Assembly (NCBI GenBank): GCA_963635715.1 | Contig: CAVHFS010000001.1 | Span: forward strand, 46,452-110,451 | Length of the DNA: 64,000 bases | Reading direction: 5' to 3' | From: Subdoligranulum sp. CAG:314 | GTDB lineage: Bacteria; Actinomycetota; Coriobacteriia; Coriobacteriales; Eggerthellaceae | Part shown: one piece after another, positions 16,232 through 24,682 of the stretch | Layout of the letters: each line of letters opens with the position of its first letter | How positions within the stretch are numbered: position 1 is the stretch's first letter | Program-made: the position numbers and the translations under genes | Notes under the pieces: generated by a model | What the model was told of the DNA's origin: nothing | Seen by the model: the letters and a program-made list of their open reading frames with translations, nothing else | Databases searched by the model: none

Positions 16232-16309
16232 TGGTCGCGGGGACCGGATTTGAACCGATGACCTTCGGGTTATGAGCCCGACGAGCTGACCAGACTGCTC
16301 CACCCCGCA
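16232..16309 (-). tRNA. tRNA-Met (anticodon CAU), initiator-like
   Basis: The reverse complement TGCGGGGTGGAGCAGTCTGGTCAGCTCGTCGGGCTCATAACCCGAAGGTCATCGGTTCAAATCCGGTCCCCGCGACCA is nearly identical to E. coli tRNA-fMet as I recall it. It has three G:C pairs closing the anticodon stem, a weak 1:72 pair and an encoded CCA. Confidence 0.93.
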
Positions 16310-16339
16310 ATAAGTAAGTACGCCTTAGCGCAACGCAAT

Positions 16340-16367
16340 ATATTAGCAGCGTTGCGAATGATTGCAA
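16340..16367 (-). promoter_or_regulatory. candidate promoter of tRNA-Met
   Basis: Minus strand TTGCAA (16362-16367), 16 nt, TAATAT (16340-16345), about 30 nt upstream of the tRNA 5' end. Overlaps an 8-bp inverted repeat CGCAACGC/GCGTTGCG. Confidence 0.35.
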
Positions 16368-16520
16368 GCAAATTAGCCACAGAGAACGCACCGTCACGTT
16401 TTCTTCATAATCAAGCCGAATAAAACGATACACCGCAAGACGCCCACTCCCAGAACACAGGCCCCAAATTTTCAACTAGAATCGTTCACGGAAATGGAAT
16501 TCCGACCAAGGGAGGATACT

Positions 16521-17378
16521 ATGCCAACTCGCGATGAGCGCCGCACCGAAGCAGCCAAGCACTTAGCCCTCATGAAGGGCGCGTTCGCCAAAGAAACCCA
16601 GGCCACCATCGATGCCGCCATCATCTACGAAGAGGGCGACGCAGCAACTTTGGAACTGTCCGAACCCGCAGCCGAAACGACCGAAACCAGCGTCACCACC
16701 GATTTCACCGTTACCGCGCTGCGTCGCGCCCAGGGCAAAACGGCAATCGTCGACCCCGTGTCGTTCACGCGACCGGGAGGCGCATACCTCGACGGCTCGT
16801 TCGGGCCCGAACAAATCCTTTGCTCGGAAAGCAACCTCTACCCCGTGCTATGCGGCATGAAGGCCACCTACCACGACGCCAACCGCGGCTACGCATGCGG
16901 CCAGCTGTTCACCGGGCGTGCTCTGTACCTGCCTGGCGTCGCCTTCATTCGCAATGGCGAAATTCGCGAGGCCGACGTCATCGCCATAGCCGAACCCAAC
17001 CGCGAACGCGCGCTCGAAAACCATCGCTCGGAAACGGAATGCGACGACTGCCTGGCCGAGCGCGTCGATTCGATGCTGCGCATCGCCGCGGCGAACGGCA
17101 TAGAGACGCTCATCGTGGGCGCCTTTGGCTGCGGCCGCCAGGGATTCCCCGAAGCGCAGGTCATCTCGCTGTTCGAGAAATGGATCGCCGAGCACCCAGG
17201 CGCCATCGAGCACATCGTATTCGCCGTACCGCGCGCAAACTTCGCCGCCTTCGATGAGGCATTCGGCAAACCCGCGCCCGTCATTGAGGAAACCGTCGAA
17301 GTCAAGCCCGAAGAGGAGGAAGGCGACGATTTCGACATCCGTGCGATCGATCTGCCCGAAGGCATAACCATTCGCTAA
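16521..17378 (+). CDS. TIGR02452-family protein (microbial PARG-like macrodomain)
   Basis: Start is preceded by AAGGGAGG. Family-typical blocks are SFTRPGGAYLDGSFGPEQILCSESNLYPVL and ETLIVGAFGCGRQGFPEAQV. Confidence 0.75.
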   Translation: MPTRDERRTEAAKHLALMKGAFAKETQATIDAAIIYEEGDAATLELSEPAAETTETSVTTDFTVTALRRAQGKTAIVDPVSFTRPGGAYLDGSFGPEQILCSESNLYPVLCGMKATYHDANRGYACGQLFTGRALYLPGVAFIRNGEIREADVIAIAEPNRERALENHRSETECDDCLAERVDSMLRIAAANGIETLIVGAFGCGRQGFPEAQVISLFEKWIAEHPGAIEHIVFAVPRANFAAFDEAFGKPAPVIEETVEVKPEEEEGDDFDIRAIDLPEGITIR

Positions 17379-17386
17379 TCTACTTG

Positions 17387-17413
17387 GGCCAAAGGGACTC
17401 CCCCTTTGGCCCG
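17387..17413. terminator. bidirectional terminator hairpin
   Basis: GGGCCAAAGGG-ACTCC-CCCTTTGGCCC, a perfect 11-bp stem between convergent genes. Confidence 0.7.
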
Positions 17414-17431
17414 TCTTTAACCCAGAGCCGC

Positions 17432-17854
17432 CTATTCCTCCAGCGGGCCCATCAAAAACATGTTGTGCGTGGACTGGAACAGCAGCTTTCCCGTTGCGGC
17501 CTCGCGCGTGGTCACGCGGATCACGGCGGTGGAGCGGCCCTTATGCAAGGGCTCGGTGGTCACATCGACCTTGCAGCACGGAACCGCCTTGAAGAAGTTG
17601 ATGCTCGCGGAGTTGCACACGTTGTTCACGCCGAAGCTGTACGTGGCGAACCCGCAGCCGATTTCCCCGATGAAATACCCCGTGCCTCCGTGGATTCCGC
17701 CGCGATAGTTGCCCAGGCTTTCAGGGATGTCCATCGTGAAGTGCACGTATCCCGGCTCGCTCACTTCCACGATCTTAATATTGTCTTGGAATTCGGGCGC
17801 CTCGGGCACGTTGCACCACATCTTCTTGAGCAGCTCTTCGTTGGTCATAATCAA
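17432..17854 (-). CDS. PaaI-family hotdog-fold thioesterase
   Basis: 140 aa. YRGGIHGGTGYFIGEIGCGFATY matches the PaaI/4HBT active-site region pattern. Confidence 0.75.
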   Translation of the reverse strand: MIMTNEELLKKMWCNVPEAPEFQDNIKIVEVSEPGYVHFTMDIPESLGNYRGGIHGGTGYFIGEIGCGFATYSFGVNNVCNSASINFFKAVPCCKVDVTTEPLHKGRSTAVIRVTTREAATGKLLFQSTHNMFLMGPLEE

Positions 17855-17878
17855 TCCTTTCCAAAAATGGGCCAGGGC

Positions 17879-19147
17879 CTACGCCGTTTGGGAAAGCGGC
17901 GTAACCAGATAACAGCAGTGTATTTTCGGGTTTCGCTCGAAATCGTGCGGAATGGTGCGCGCTGTGATGTCTTCTATGGCAACGCCCGCCGCGGCAAGTG
18001 CCTCCACGTCGGGTTTGAAATTGCGCAGATTGCAGCTGAACACGGCCACACCGTCGCGCTCAAGCAAGCGCACCACGTTGCTCAGCAGCTTCACATGGTC
18101 GCGCTGCACACTCCATGTGTTTTTACCCATGGCCTTCGAGTTCGAGAACGTAGGCGGGTCAACGAAAATCAAATCGAACCTGCGCCACCCGCGCGCCTCG
18201 CGCTCGATCCATTGCAGCACGTCGGCGCGCACGAAGCCATGTTCGGGGCCGTCGCAGCCGTTAAGCTCCATATTGCGGTGCGCCCACGACAGATAGGTCT
18301 GCGACAGATCAACGGTCAGCGTTGATTTCGCCCCGCCGACTGCCGCATGAACCGTGCACGTTCCCGTATACGAAAACAGGTTCAGGAATTTCCTGCCCGC
18401 GGCCATGCCGCCCACCATCTCGCGCGTCACGCGATGATCAAGGAAAATGCCCGTGTCCAGATACGAGCCCAAATCGCATTCGAACACGTTGCCCGACTCT
18501 TGCGTATACAGCAGATGCCCCTCTTTTTGCTGGTCAGTATACTGGCTGCCGCCTTTTTCGCGACGGCGCGTTTTCAGGAAAACGCGCTCGCGCGCAATGC
18601 CGAGCGTCGCCGACGCGATTTCAACCGCATCGGCCAAGCGAGCGGCGGCCTTCGCGGCGTCAATCGATTTCGGAGCCTGATACTCGGCAATCACCAGGCA
18701 GCTTTCACCTTCGCTTTTCCACACGCCATCGTAGCGGTCGATCGCCACAGCGAAATCGGGCAGATCGGCGTCGTAGATTCGATAGCACGAAATATCGTTG
18801 TCGCGCGCCCATTTACGGCGATCTTTCGCCACCTTGCGAAAGCGCGCGGCAAATTGGTCGGCACCCTTGTCCCTGCACAGAATCTCGACCTTGCGGCCGC
18901 CGTCAATATCGCTCACCTTCAGGGGAAACTGAGCGGGCAATGGCTCGAATTCCTCATCGATAGACACCTGACCAGCGTCTCCTCGGGCGCCGAAATCGCT
19001 CGAATTCCCTTCGGAGGGTCGCTTTCGATAGGCAGGTTTTCGCCCGCTGGCCGTTCGCCCGTCACCCGCGCGAGAACCAGACCGACGGCTGCCATCGCCG
19101 CGATTGGGCCCGACGCTTGCTGTGTGCCTTCTTTCGCCTTGCGCCAT
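17879..19147 (-). CDS. rlmK: stand-alone RlmK-like 23S rRNA (guanine-N7) SAM-dependent methyltransferase with a basic disordered N-terminal extension
   Basis: Collinear with the C-terminal half of E. coli RlmL as I recall it: CYRIYDADLPDFAVAIDRY, YLDTGIFLDHR, FLNLFSYTGTCTVHAAVGGA, FDLIFVDPPTFSNSK, VQRDH. The first 60 or so aa are Arg/Gly/Ser-rich. Confidence 0.8.
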   Translation of the reverse strand: MAQGERRHTASVGPNRGDGSRRSGSRAGDGRTASGRKPAYRKRPSEGNSSDFGARGDAGQVSIDEEFEPLPAQFPLKVSDIDGGRKVEILCRDKGADQFAARFRKVAKDRRKWARDNDISCYRIYDADLPDFAVAIDRYDGVWKSEGESCLVIAEYQAPKSIDAAKAAARLADAVEIASATLGIARERVFLKTRRREKGGSQYTDQQKEGHLLYTQESGNVFECDLGSYLDTGIFLDHRVTREMVGGMAAGRKFLNLFSYTGTCTVHAAVGGAKSTLTVDLSQTYLSWAHRNMELNGCDGPEHGFVRADVLQWIEREARGWRRFDLIFVDPPTFSNSKAMGKNTWSVQRDHVKLLSNVVRLLERDGVAVFSCNLRNFKPDVEALAAAGVAIEDITARTIPHDFERNPKIHCCYLVTPLSQTA

Positions 19148-19837
19148 TTAGGCACCAGCCTTCAAGCCGAATTCGAACGGCGGTTCGGCCACCATCTCCA
19201 GCACAAGCTGGCAGCGAATGGAAAGCGGATCGCGGTTCTCGCGCAAAAACGCGGCGACCTCGGCTCGCGGAAGAAGAAACGTCTCTATGAACTCGGTCGA
19301 TTCGCTGCGCGGCTCGCCCACGCGCTCGACCTCGGCAAACACCATCGCGATACTCTCATCGCCCATGCCAAGCGAGGAAAATCCAGGCTGCACGCATGCA
19401 CGAGCCCGCACGGGAGAGCCGTCGGCGTTCCTCGCCAAATCGAACCCCGTTTCCTCGCGCAGCTCGCGTGCGGCGCATTCGATAATCTCCTCGCCGCGCT
19501 CGCGCAGGCCAGCGGGGAATGCCACGCACATGCGGTTCATGGGAAAGCGGAACTCGCGAATCAGCAGGAATTCGTCTTCTGCGGTGTGCCCCACAATGCA
19601 TACCGCATCGACCTGGGGCGCAACCGTTCCCAACGTCTCAATCTCGCTGCGATATTCGTCGAGCTCCTTGCGCGAAACGACGTCGTATTTCAGCTCGCGC
19701 CCATCGGGCAAGCAATATGTCAGGATGTATTTCTTAATCCAGCCGCCGCTCACTTGCTCTATATCGAGCAGCTTCGGCAAACCGGCCGCTTCGTCGAAAC
19801 CCGCGGCGCGCACGCCCTCTTCCATGGTCGCTCCCAT
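19148..19837 (-). CDS. NUDIX hydrolase (ADP-ribose pyrophosphatase-like)
   Basis: Nudix box GLRERGEEIIECAARELREETGF. The start abuts the downstream methyltransferase gene. Confidence 0.8.
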   Translation of the reverse strand: MGATMEEGVRAAGFDEAAGLPKLLDIEQVSGGWIKKYILTYCLPDGRELKYDVVSRKELDEYRSEIETLGTVAPQVDAVCIVGHTAEDEFLLIREFRFPMNRMCVAFPAGLRERGEEIIECAARELREETGFDLARNADGSPVRARACVQPGFSSLGMGDESIAMVFAEVERVGEPRSESTEFIETFLLPRAEVAAFLRENRDPLSIRCQLVLEMVAEPPFEFGLKAGA

Positions 19838-19996
19838 TCACGCGGCGCGGGCAAGCCACAACCGCAAATCGCCTTCGTCTTCAGGAAAGCGCCGACGAGC
19901 CACCCACCCACATACGCGAAACGAGAGCGCCCAATCGGCCTTTCCCTGCATTGTAGCCCGACGGCGTGGGGAAACGGCGCTCGGGGCGAACGCAAA

Positions 19997-20155
19997 CTAA
20001 AGCTCAACGAGTTTCTGGCGTATGCTCGATGCCCGATCCCGCCCAGAATCGCAGTCGCCCACCTCTCGGTCGAATTCGCGGGCGAGCAAACGAAGGGCGC
20101 ACCAGCACGATGCGAAGACAACGACGAGCATGCCGAATAAAATGAGCAACTCCAT
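19997..20155 (-). CDS. possible small membrane protein (52 aa)
   Basis: MELLILFGMLVVVFASCWCALRLLAREF..., preceded by AAAGGGGTGG. There is no homology evidence and it could be spurious. Confidence 0.25.
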   Translation of the reverse strand: MELLILFGMLVVVFASCWCALRLLAREFDREVGDCDSGRDRASSIRQKLVEL

Positions 20156-20435
20156 AGCCGCCACCCCTTTCGCAGGCACTTGGAAAGAGCATCGCCAACC
20201 TTGGAAATCACTATGCGCCATCAAGGTAAAATTCAAGCAAAGCGCAGGTCAAAATGCAGTGTGAGTTATGCATCAAAGGGACTGCCCCTTGGCCCGCGCA
20301 AGCCAGTCGTGAAGATGCCGGCAAGGCGGCGTGTTGGTTTTTTCACATTTACGTCGCAACACCGGCGCGGGTGTACGATGGCGCTCCTTTTCAAATACGA
20401 ACGCAGGAGATGAGGCGCGAGACAAGCGCGCAACG

Positions 20436-21050
20436 ATGAACGAAAAGATGCACAATTCAGCAGCAACCCCAACAGCCAATGCAACCGAGCCAAACCAAGA
20501 AAAGCCTCGATATCTGCTCGATTTCGCAATCGAAGCCGCGAACGAAGAGGCCAACGCCACGCGAGACGGCGCCGAAAGCGCCGAACCGAAACGCCTGCGC
20601 AAGCGCGACATCCTGAAGCTCAACAGCAAGCGCCTCACGCTTTTCTGCATACAGCTCGCCTTTCTCGCCGGCGTATGCTATTTGGGCTCGGCCGTTTCGA
20701 AGCATCTGCCCATAGAGGTTCCATCGAACATCTGCAGCATGGGAATTCTTCTCTCGCTGCTCATTTCGGGCATGATCGACGAAAGCAAGATCGAGCTCGT
20801 GTCGAATTTCCTGCTGAAATATATGCCCGTGTTCTTCATCCCGGCGGGCGTGACCATTCTCACCAGCCTGCCCATGATCGGCGACCGCATCGGATGGTTC
20901 GCCCTGGTGTGCGTCATCACCACCGTGCTCGTGTTCCTCTCCACCGCACTCACGGTGATTCTCGTGGGACGCCTGCAGAAATACTTCGCCGAAAAGCGTG
21001 CTGGCAAAGACGTGCACCTGAAAAGCGTGCTTTCGATAGAGGGGAAATAG
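20436..21050 (+). CDS. lrgA: CidA/LrgA family holin-like protein with a hydrophilic N-terminal extension
   Basis: Four predicted TM segments (LFCIQLAFLAGVCYLG..., ICSMGILLSLLISG, YMPVFFIPAGV, FALVCVITTVLVFLSTAL). Immediately upstream of lrgB. The start codon is uncertain. Confidence 0.75.
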   Translation: MNEKMHNSAATPTANATEPNQEKPRYLLDFAIEAANEEANATRDGAESAEPKRLRKRDILKLNSKRLTLFCIQLAFLAGVCYLGSAVSKHLPIEVPSNICSMGILLSLLISGMIDESKIELVSNFLLKYMPVFFIPAGVTILTSLPMIGDRIGWFALVCVITTVLVFLSTALTVILVGRLQKYFAEKRAGKDVHLKSVLSIEGK

Positions 21051-21053
21051 GCC

Positions 21054-21758
21054 ATGGATTTCACAACCGTCGCCGCGAATGTTTTGGAAGCGGGCGGAAG
21101 CCTCGCCCTGAGCATTGGGGTTTTCGCCTTCGCCGTATGGTTGAACAAGAAGACGAACTCGCCGCTGCTCAACCCCCTGCTCGTGACCGTGGCCATTATC
21201 ATGATTGCGCTCACCGTTCTTAATATCCCGCTCGAATCCTACGAGAAAGGCGCCACGCTCATCTCTTCGATGCTCGGCCCCGCCACCGCCGTGCTCGCCT
21301 TCTCCATTTACCAACAGCGAAAAATCCTGCAGAGCAACTTCGCGCCCATCTTCGTGGGCTGCCTCGTGGGATCAACGGTGTCGATGCTTTCGGCCTACGG
21401 CCTCTGCGAGCTGTTCGGCCTTGGCGACGAGGTGGCCCTTTCCACCCTGCCGAAATCGACCACCGCGCCCATCGCCCTTGCGGTAACGGGCGAGTTGGGC
21501 GGCACGGCCTCCATCACCATGGCCGCGGTCATGACCACCGGCGTTATGGGAGCGATTTTCTCGCCCATGCTCGCAAACCTGTTCCATATTCGCAACAAGG
21601 TTGCCCAGGGCGTGGCCATCGGAACATGCAGCCACGCGGTCGGCACGGCGAAGGCGCTCGAAATGGGCAAGCTCGAAGGGGCCATGAGCGGCGTGGCCAT
21701 CGCCGTTTCGGGCCTGCTCACCTGCTTTATCGTTATCGCAGCGACATCGATCATGTAA
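21054..21758 (+). CDS. lrgB: LrgB/CidB family protein
   Basis: 234 aa polytopic membrane protein. The PKSTTAPIALAV and GTCSHAVGTAKA blocks are typical of LrgB. Confidence 0.85.
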   Translation: MDFTTVAANVLEAGGSLALSIGVFAFAVWLNKKTNSPLLNPLLVTVAIIMIALTVLNIPLESYEKGATLISSMLGPATAVLAFSIYQQRKILQSNFAPIFVGCLVGSTVSMLSAYGLCELFGLGDEVALSTLPKSTTAPIALAVTGELGGTASITMAAVMTTGVMGAIFSPMLANLFHIRNKVAQGVAIGTCSHAVGTAKALEMGKLEGAMSGVAIAVSGLLTCFIVIAATSIM

Positions 21759-21767
21759 AGGAGTCCC

Positions 21768-22508
21768 ATGAGAAGCATCGAAGCGGCCGCCTTCATCGGC
21801 GCCAGCTCCGTCGAATCGGGCAAAGAGGCGAAAACCGCCCATGGGCGCCTGCGCCCATGGGCGCCCTCGCACGTCGAAGGGGCGATCTTCGATTTGGACG
21901 GAACCCTGCTCGATTCCATGCCCTGGTGGGACGATTTGGGCGAGCGCTACCTTCGAAGCCTCGGCAAAACGCCGGAGCCCGACATTCGTTATCACTTCAA
22001 ACGGCTGACCATGGAAGGTTCGGCCGAATACATGAAAACGACCTACCACCTGGAGCAATCCATCGAAGAAATCTGCAAGGGAGTTATGGCGGGAATCGAT
22101 TTCGCCTATCGCGAGTGCATTCCCTGCAAACCGGGAGTCGAACGCATGCTCGAAGCCCTGCGGCGCTCAGGCGTCCCGGCCTGCGTTGCCACGGCATCGC
22201 CTCGCAATGTGGCAACAGCGGCACTTGAACGCCTGGGGATTCTGGAATTCTTCTCGGCGGTCTTCACGTGCACCGAGGTCGGCGCGAGCAAAACCGAACC
22301 TACCATATTCGAAGTCGCCCTTGCCCATTTGGGAACGCCGCGCGAGCGCACCTTCGTCTTCGAGGATTCGCTTCACGCCATAGAGACCGCCCATGCGACG
22401 GGCTTTCCGGTGGTCGCTATAAACGAGCCAGCCAATATCGACGATCGCGAATGCATCCTAAAGATCGCCGATATGTCGCTCGAGGATTTCTCGGCGTTTT
22501 CGGCCTAG
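21768..22508 (+). CDS. HAD-superfamily hydrolase (beta-phosphoglucomutase-like subfamily IA)
   Basis: Motif I is AIFDLDGTLLDS. The later VATAS and FEDS motifs are present. SD AAGGAG. Confidence 0.8.
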   Translation: MRSIEAAAFIGASSVESGKEAKTAHGRLRPWAPSHVEGAIFDLDGTLLDSMPWWDDLGERYLRSLGKTPEPDIRYHFKRLTMEGSAEYMKTTYHLEQSIEEICKGVMAGIDFAYRECIPCKPGVERMLEALRRSGVPACVATASPRNVATAALERLGILEFFSAVFTCTEVGASKTEPTIFEVALAHLGTPRERTFVFEDSLHAIETAHATGFPVVAINEPANIDDRECILKIADMSLEDFSAFSA

Positions 22509-22590
22509 GGAAACGCCGCCCAAAGCTAGATACGACCATTGACGTGGGCAAACGATGCTTGAGCCTTCCGTGCGCTCGCAAAAATTCGCA

Positions 22591-22617
22591 TTAAAAAGGC
22601 GCCGCACATGCGGCGCC
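22591..22617 (-). terminator. intrinsic terminator after the TSCPD gene (probably also serves the HAD gene)
   Basis: GGCGCCGC-ACAT-GCGGCGCC stem, followed on the minus strand by TTTTTAA. Confidence 0.55.
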
Positions 22618-22675
22618 CGAAATTCCCAACTATTTGCAGCCCGCACGGCCGAAAGCGGCCTTAATCGACGCTTTC

Positions 22676-22927
22676 CTAGATTTCGCCTGCCTGAGCGGCT
22701 TTGATGGCCTGGGTAAGCTGGTCGGTGCAGCTCGTGGAGCGGCGACCGCAGGTGTTTCCCTCGAGCGTTTCGACAACCCAATCGACCGATTGCCCCTCGA
22801 CGAGTTTGCCGATGGCCTTCAGATTGCCGTTGCAGCCGCCCTCGAAGCTCACATTGTGAAGCTTGCCGTCGACGATGTCGAAATTAATCGTGCGGGCGCA
22901 GGTGCCGCGCGTCGTGAATGAATGCAT
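22676..22927 (-). CDS. TIGR03905-family TSCPD domain protein
   Basis: 83 aa. GTCARTINFDIVDGKLHNVSFEGGCNGNLKAIGKLVEG...GNTCGRRSTSCTDQL is the characteristic four-Cys pattern. Confidence 0.8.
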   Translation of the reverse strand: MHSFTTRGTCARTINFDIVDGKLHNVSFEGGCNGNLKAIGKLVEGQSVDWVVETLEGNTCGRRSTSCTDQLTQAIKAAQAGEI

Positions 22928-23041
22928 GCAAATTCCCCCTTGGAACTTATCGTGGTGCTGACCAGCTTACCACGCGCTCCGCGGCCGCGGCGGGATATAA
23001 TCGTTCGCACTGAATACCTGCAGAATTCGAGAGGGGGCGCC

Positions 23042-23854
23042 GTGAAAGGGATCCGACATATCGCAGCCGCAACGGCGCTTGCGCTTGCGACCTGCTGCTT
23101 TGCGGCACTGCCCGCAGCGGCTGACGAAGGCACCTCTCGCGACGGCATCGAAAGCGCCGCCGAATCGATTCGCGGGGAGCTCGGGCCGGCGCTTCTCAAA
23201 TACGACCAAGCCAAAAAAACGCTCGAGGCGCTCAAGGTCACCGATATCGCCGCTGCCCGCGTGCAGGGCCTGCAAGACGCCATGTACGACGGAACGGAGC
23301 AGCGCCCAACAATAACGCTGCGCATCGATTCGACGAAAGACGGCAAGAAGACGGAAACCTCGCTGCGGGAAGGCACCGATTTCGACGTGCGCTTCGACGG
23401 CGACCTCGTGAACCCCGGCACCGTAAACGTGACCATCACCGGCATGGGCGACTACACGGGCTCGGTTGAGACGAGCTTCACCATCGTGCCCGCCGACCTA
23501 TCGCACGCCACGATAAATGTCATAGCAGATCAGAAGCACACGGGCGCGGCCATCGAACCCGACCCCGTGGTGAAGCTCGACGGGCGGCAACTTATGCGCG
23601 GCACGGATTACGAAGTCTCGTATTCCAACAACGTCGACGAGGGAACGGCGACGCTCGTAATAAGCGGCATCGGCAATTGCACGGGCGACGCGCATGCGAC
23701 CTTTCAGATTGTAGAAAACCCCCGCGAGGGAAAAATCGGCTATCGGGCGGTGCTGCCCTACGTCGCCGCCGCGGCCGCGATATGCGCAATCGCGCTCGGC
23801 ACGATCGCCGCAGTCGTCGTCCACAAGCGCCGCAAGGCGAAACGCGCGCGCTAA
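23042..23854 (+). CDS. membrane-anchored surface protein with Ig-like repeats
   Basis: GTG start after GAGAGGGGG. Signal peptide VKGIRHIAAATALALATCCFAALPAAA. Repeated (I/V)(T/S)G(M/I)G(D/N)(Y/C)TG...(S/T)F(T/Q)IV modules (TITGMGDYTGSVETSFTIV, VISGIGNCTGDAHATFQIV). C-terminal TM helix and a KRRKAKRAR tail. Confidence 0.6.
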   Translation: MKGIRHIAAATALALATCCFAALPAAADEGTSRDGIESAAESIRGELGPALLKYDQAKKTLEALKVTDIAAARVQGLQDAMYDGTEQRPTITLRIDSTKDGKKTETSLREGTDFDVRFDGDLVNPGTVNVTITGMGDYTGSVETSFTIVPADLSHATINVIADQKHTGAAIEPDPVVKLDGRQLMRGTDYEVSYSNNVDEGTATLVISGIGNCTGDAHATFQIVENPREGKIGYRAVLPYVAAAAAICAIALGTIAAVVVHKRRKAKRAR

Positions 23855-23876
23855 AAAGGCCCCCGCAGGGGCCTTT
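23855..23876. terminator. bidirectional terminator hairpin
   Basis: AAAGGCCCC-CGCA-GGGGCCTTT, between convergent genes. Confidence 0.7.
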
Positions 23877-23956
23877 AAGAAACATTGGGCAATTCCGAGG
23901 CACGCCCGCACGCGATGACGCGCGCCGCAAGGCGGCTTTGACCGGCGTTTCCTTAA

Positions 23957-24430
23957 CTAATCGAAAATGAACTGGTCGTCTTCGTCTTCCTCGGCGTCGA
24001 AGGCTTCCCAAGCGCCCGAATCGGCGAACGCGAGGAACTGATCGGGGTCTATGTCCATGCGAAGGCCGTCTTCGTCGAACGACGCACTGAAGCGCTCCTC
24101 GAATTTCTCCTTCACGGGGCCGTTCACAGGGCGGCTGAACCATACCCAAGCGGCAACGGGCCCGCCCGTCTCGTTGAAATCGGCCCCGAAGCCCGCATCG
24201 ACCGGCGTGCCGTCTTTTCGCTGAATCATGAACTCATCAATCGCGAAGCACCCATTGAATTGTATGCGCGTGGCAATTCCCTCAATTGAATCGTCAACCG
24301 TGTTGTCCTTCTCGAAGAAGGTGACGTTCACCGCGACGTCATTTTTGGCCGCAGGATTGCCGAATTCGTCTTTGCCCGCGAATTGCGCCGCCATCATTTC
24401 GGCCATCGCCTTTTCCTGATCGCTCAGCAT
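23957..24430 (-). CDS. hypothetical acidic cytoplasmic protein
   Basis: Start MLSDQEKAM is preceded by ACGGAGGG. 157 aa with an acidic C-terminal tail EEDEDDQFIFD. No family recognised. Confidence 0.55.
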   Translation of the reverse strand: MLSDQEKAMAEMMAAQFAGKDEFGNPAAKNDVAVNVTFFEKDNTVDDSIEGIATRIQFNGCFAIDEFMIQRKDGTPVDAGFGADFNETGGPVAAWVWFSRPVNGPVKEKFEERFSASFDEDGLRMDIDPDQFLAFADSGAWEAFDAEEDEDDQFIFD

Positions 24431-24682
24431 TCGAACCCTCCGTTCATCAGGGAAGCCGCCCAAAGCGGCCGTTCGTTTCCCCCATAGCATAGCCGAAGGG
24501 AAAGCCCCATGCGCGCGAATCGCGCTTCTATCCAAGATGCGAAACCAACTCGTCGAAATCGATTGGGCACGCCTATATAACGAGCCCGCAAGAAACCAAA
24601 AGCGGCGACCTGGCGAATCGGGAAAGCTATCCGATTTCGCCAAATCGTCGCACAGTATCAACAACTTTCGTCAAACGCGGGG

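Noticed and set aside
15876-16303. ORFs 15876-16217 (+) and 16016-16303 (-)
   Set aside because: They are low-complexity translations in AT-rich non-coding DNA. The minus ORF overlaps the tRNA-Met gene and its terminator.
18347-20140. 597-aa plus-strand ORF
   Set aside because: Antisense to the RlmK-like and Nudix genes.
20457-21314. 285-aa minus-strand ORF rich in His/Gly/Glu
   Set aside because: Antisense to lrgA and lrgB, which have clear membrane-protein signatures.
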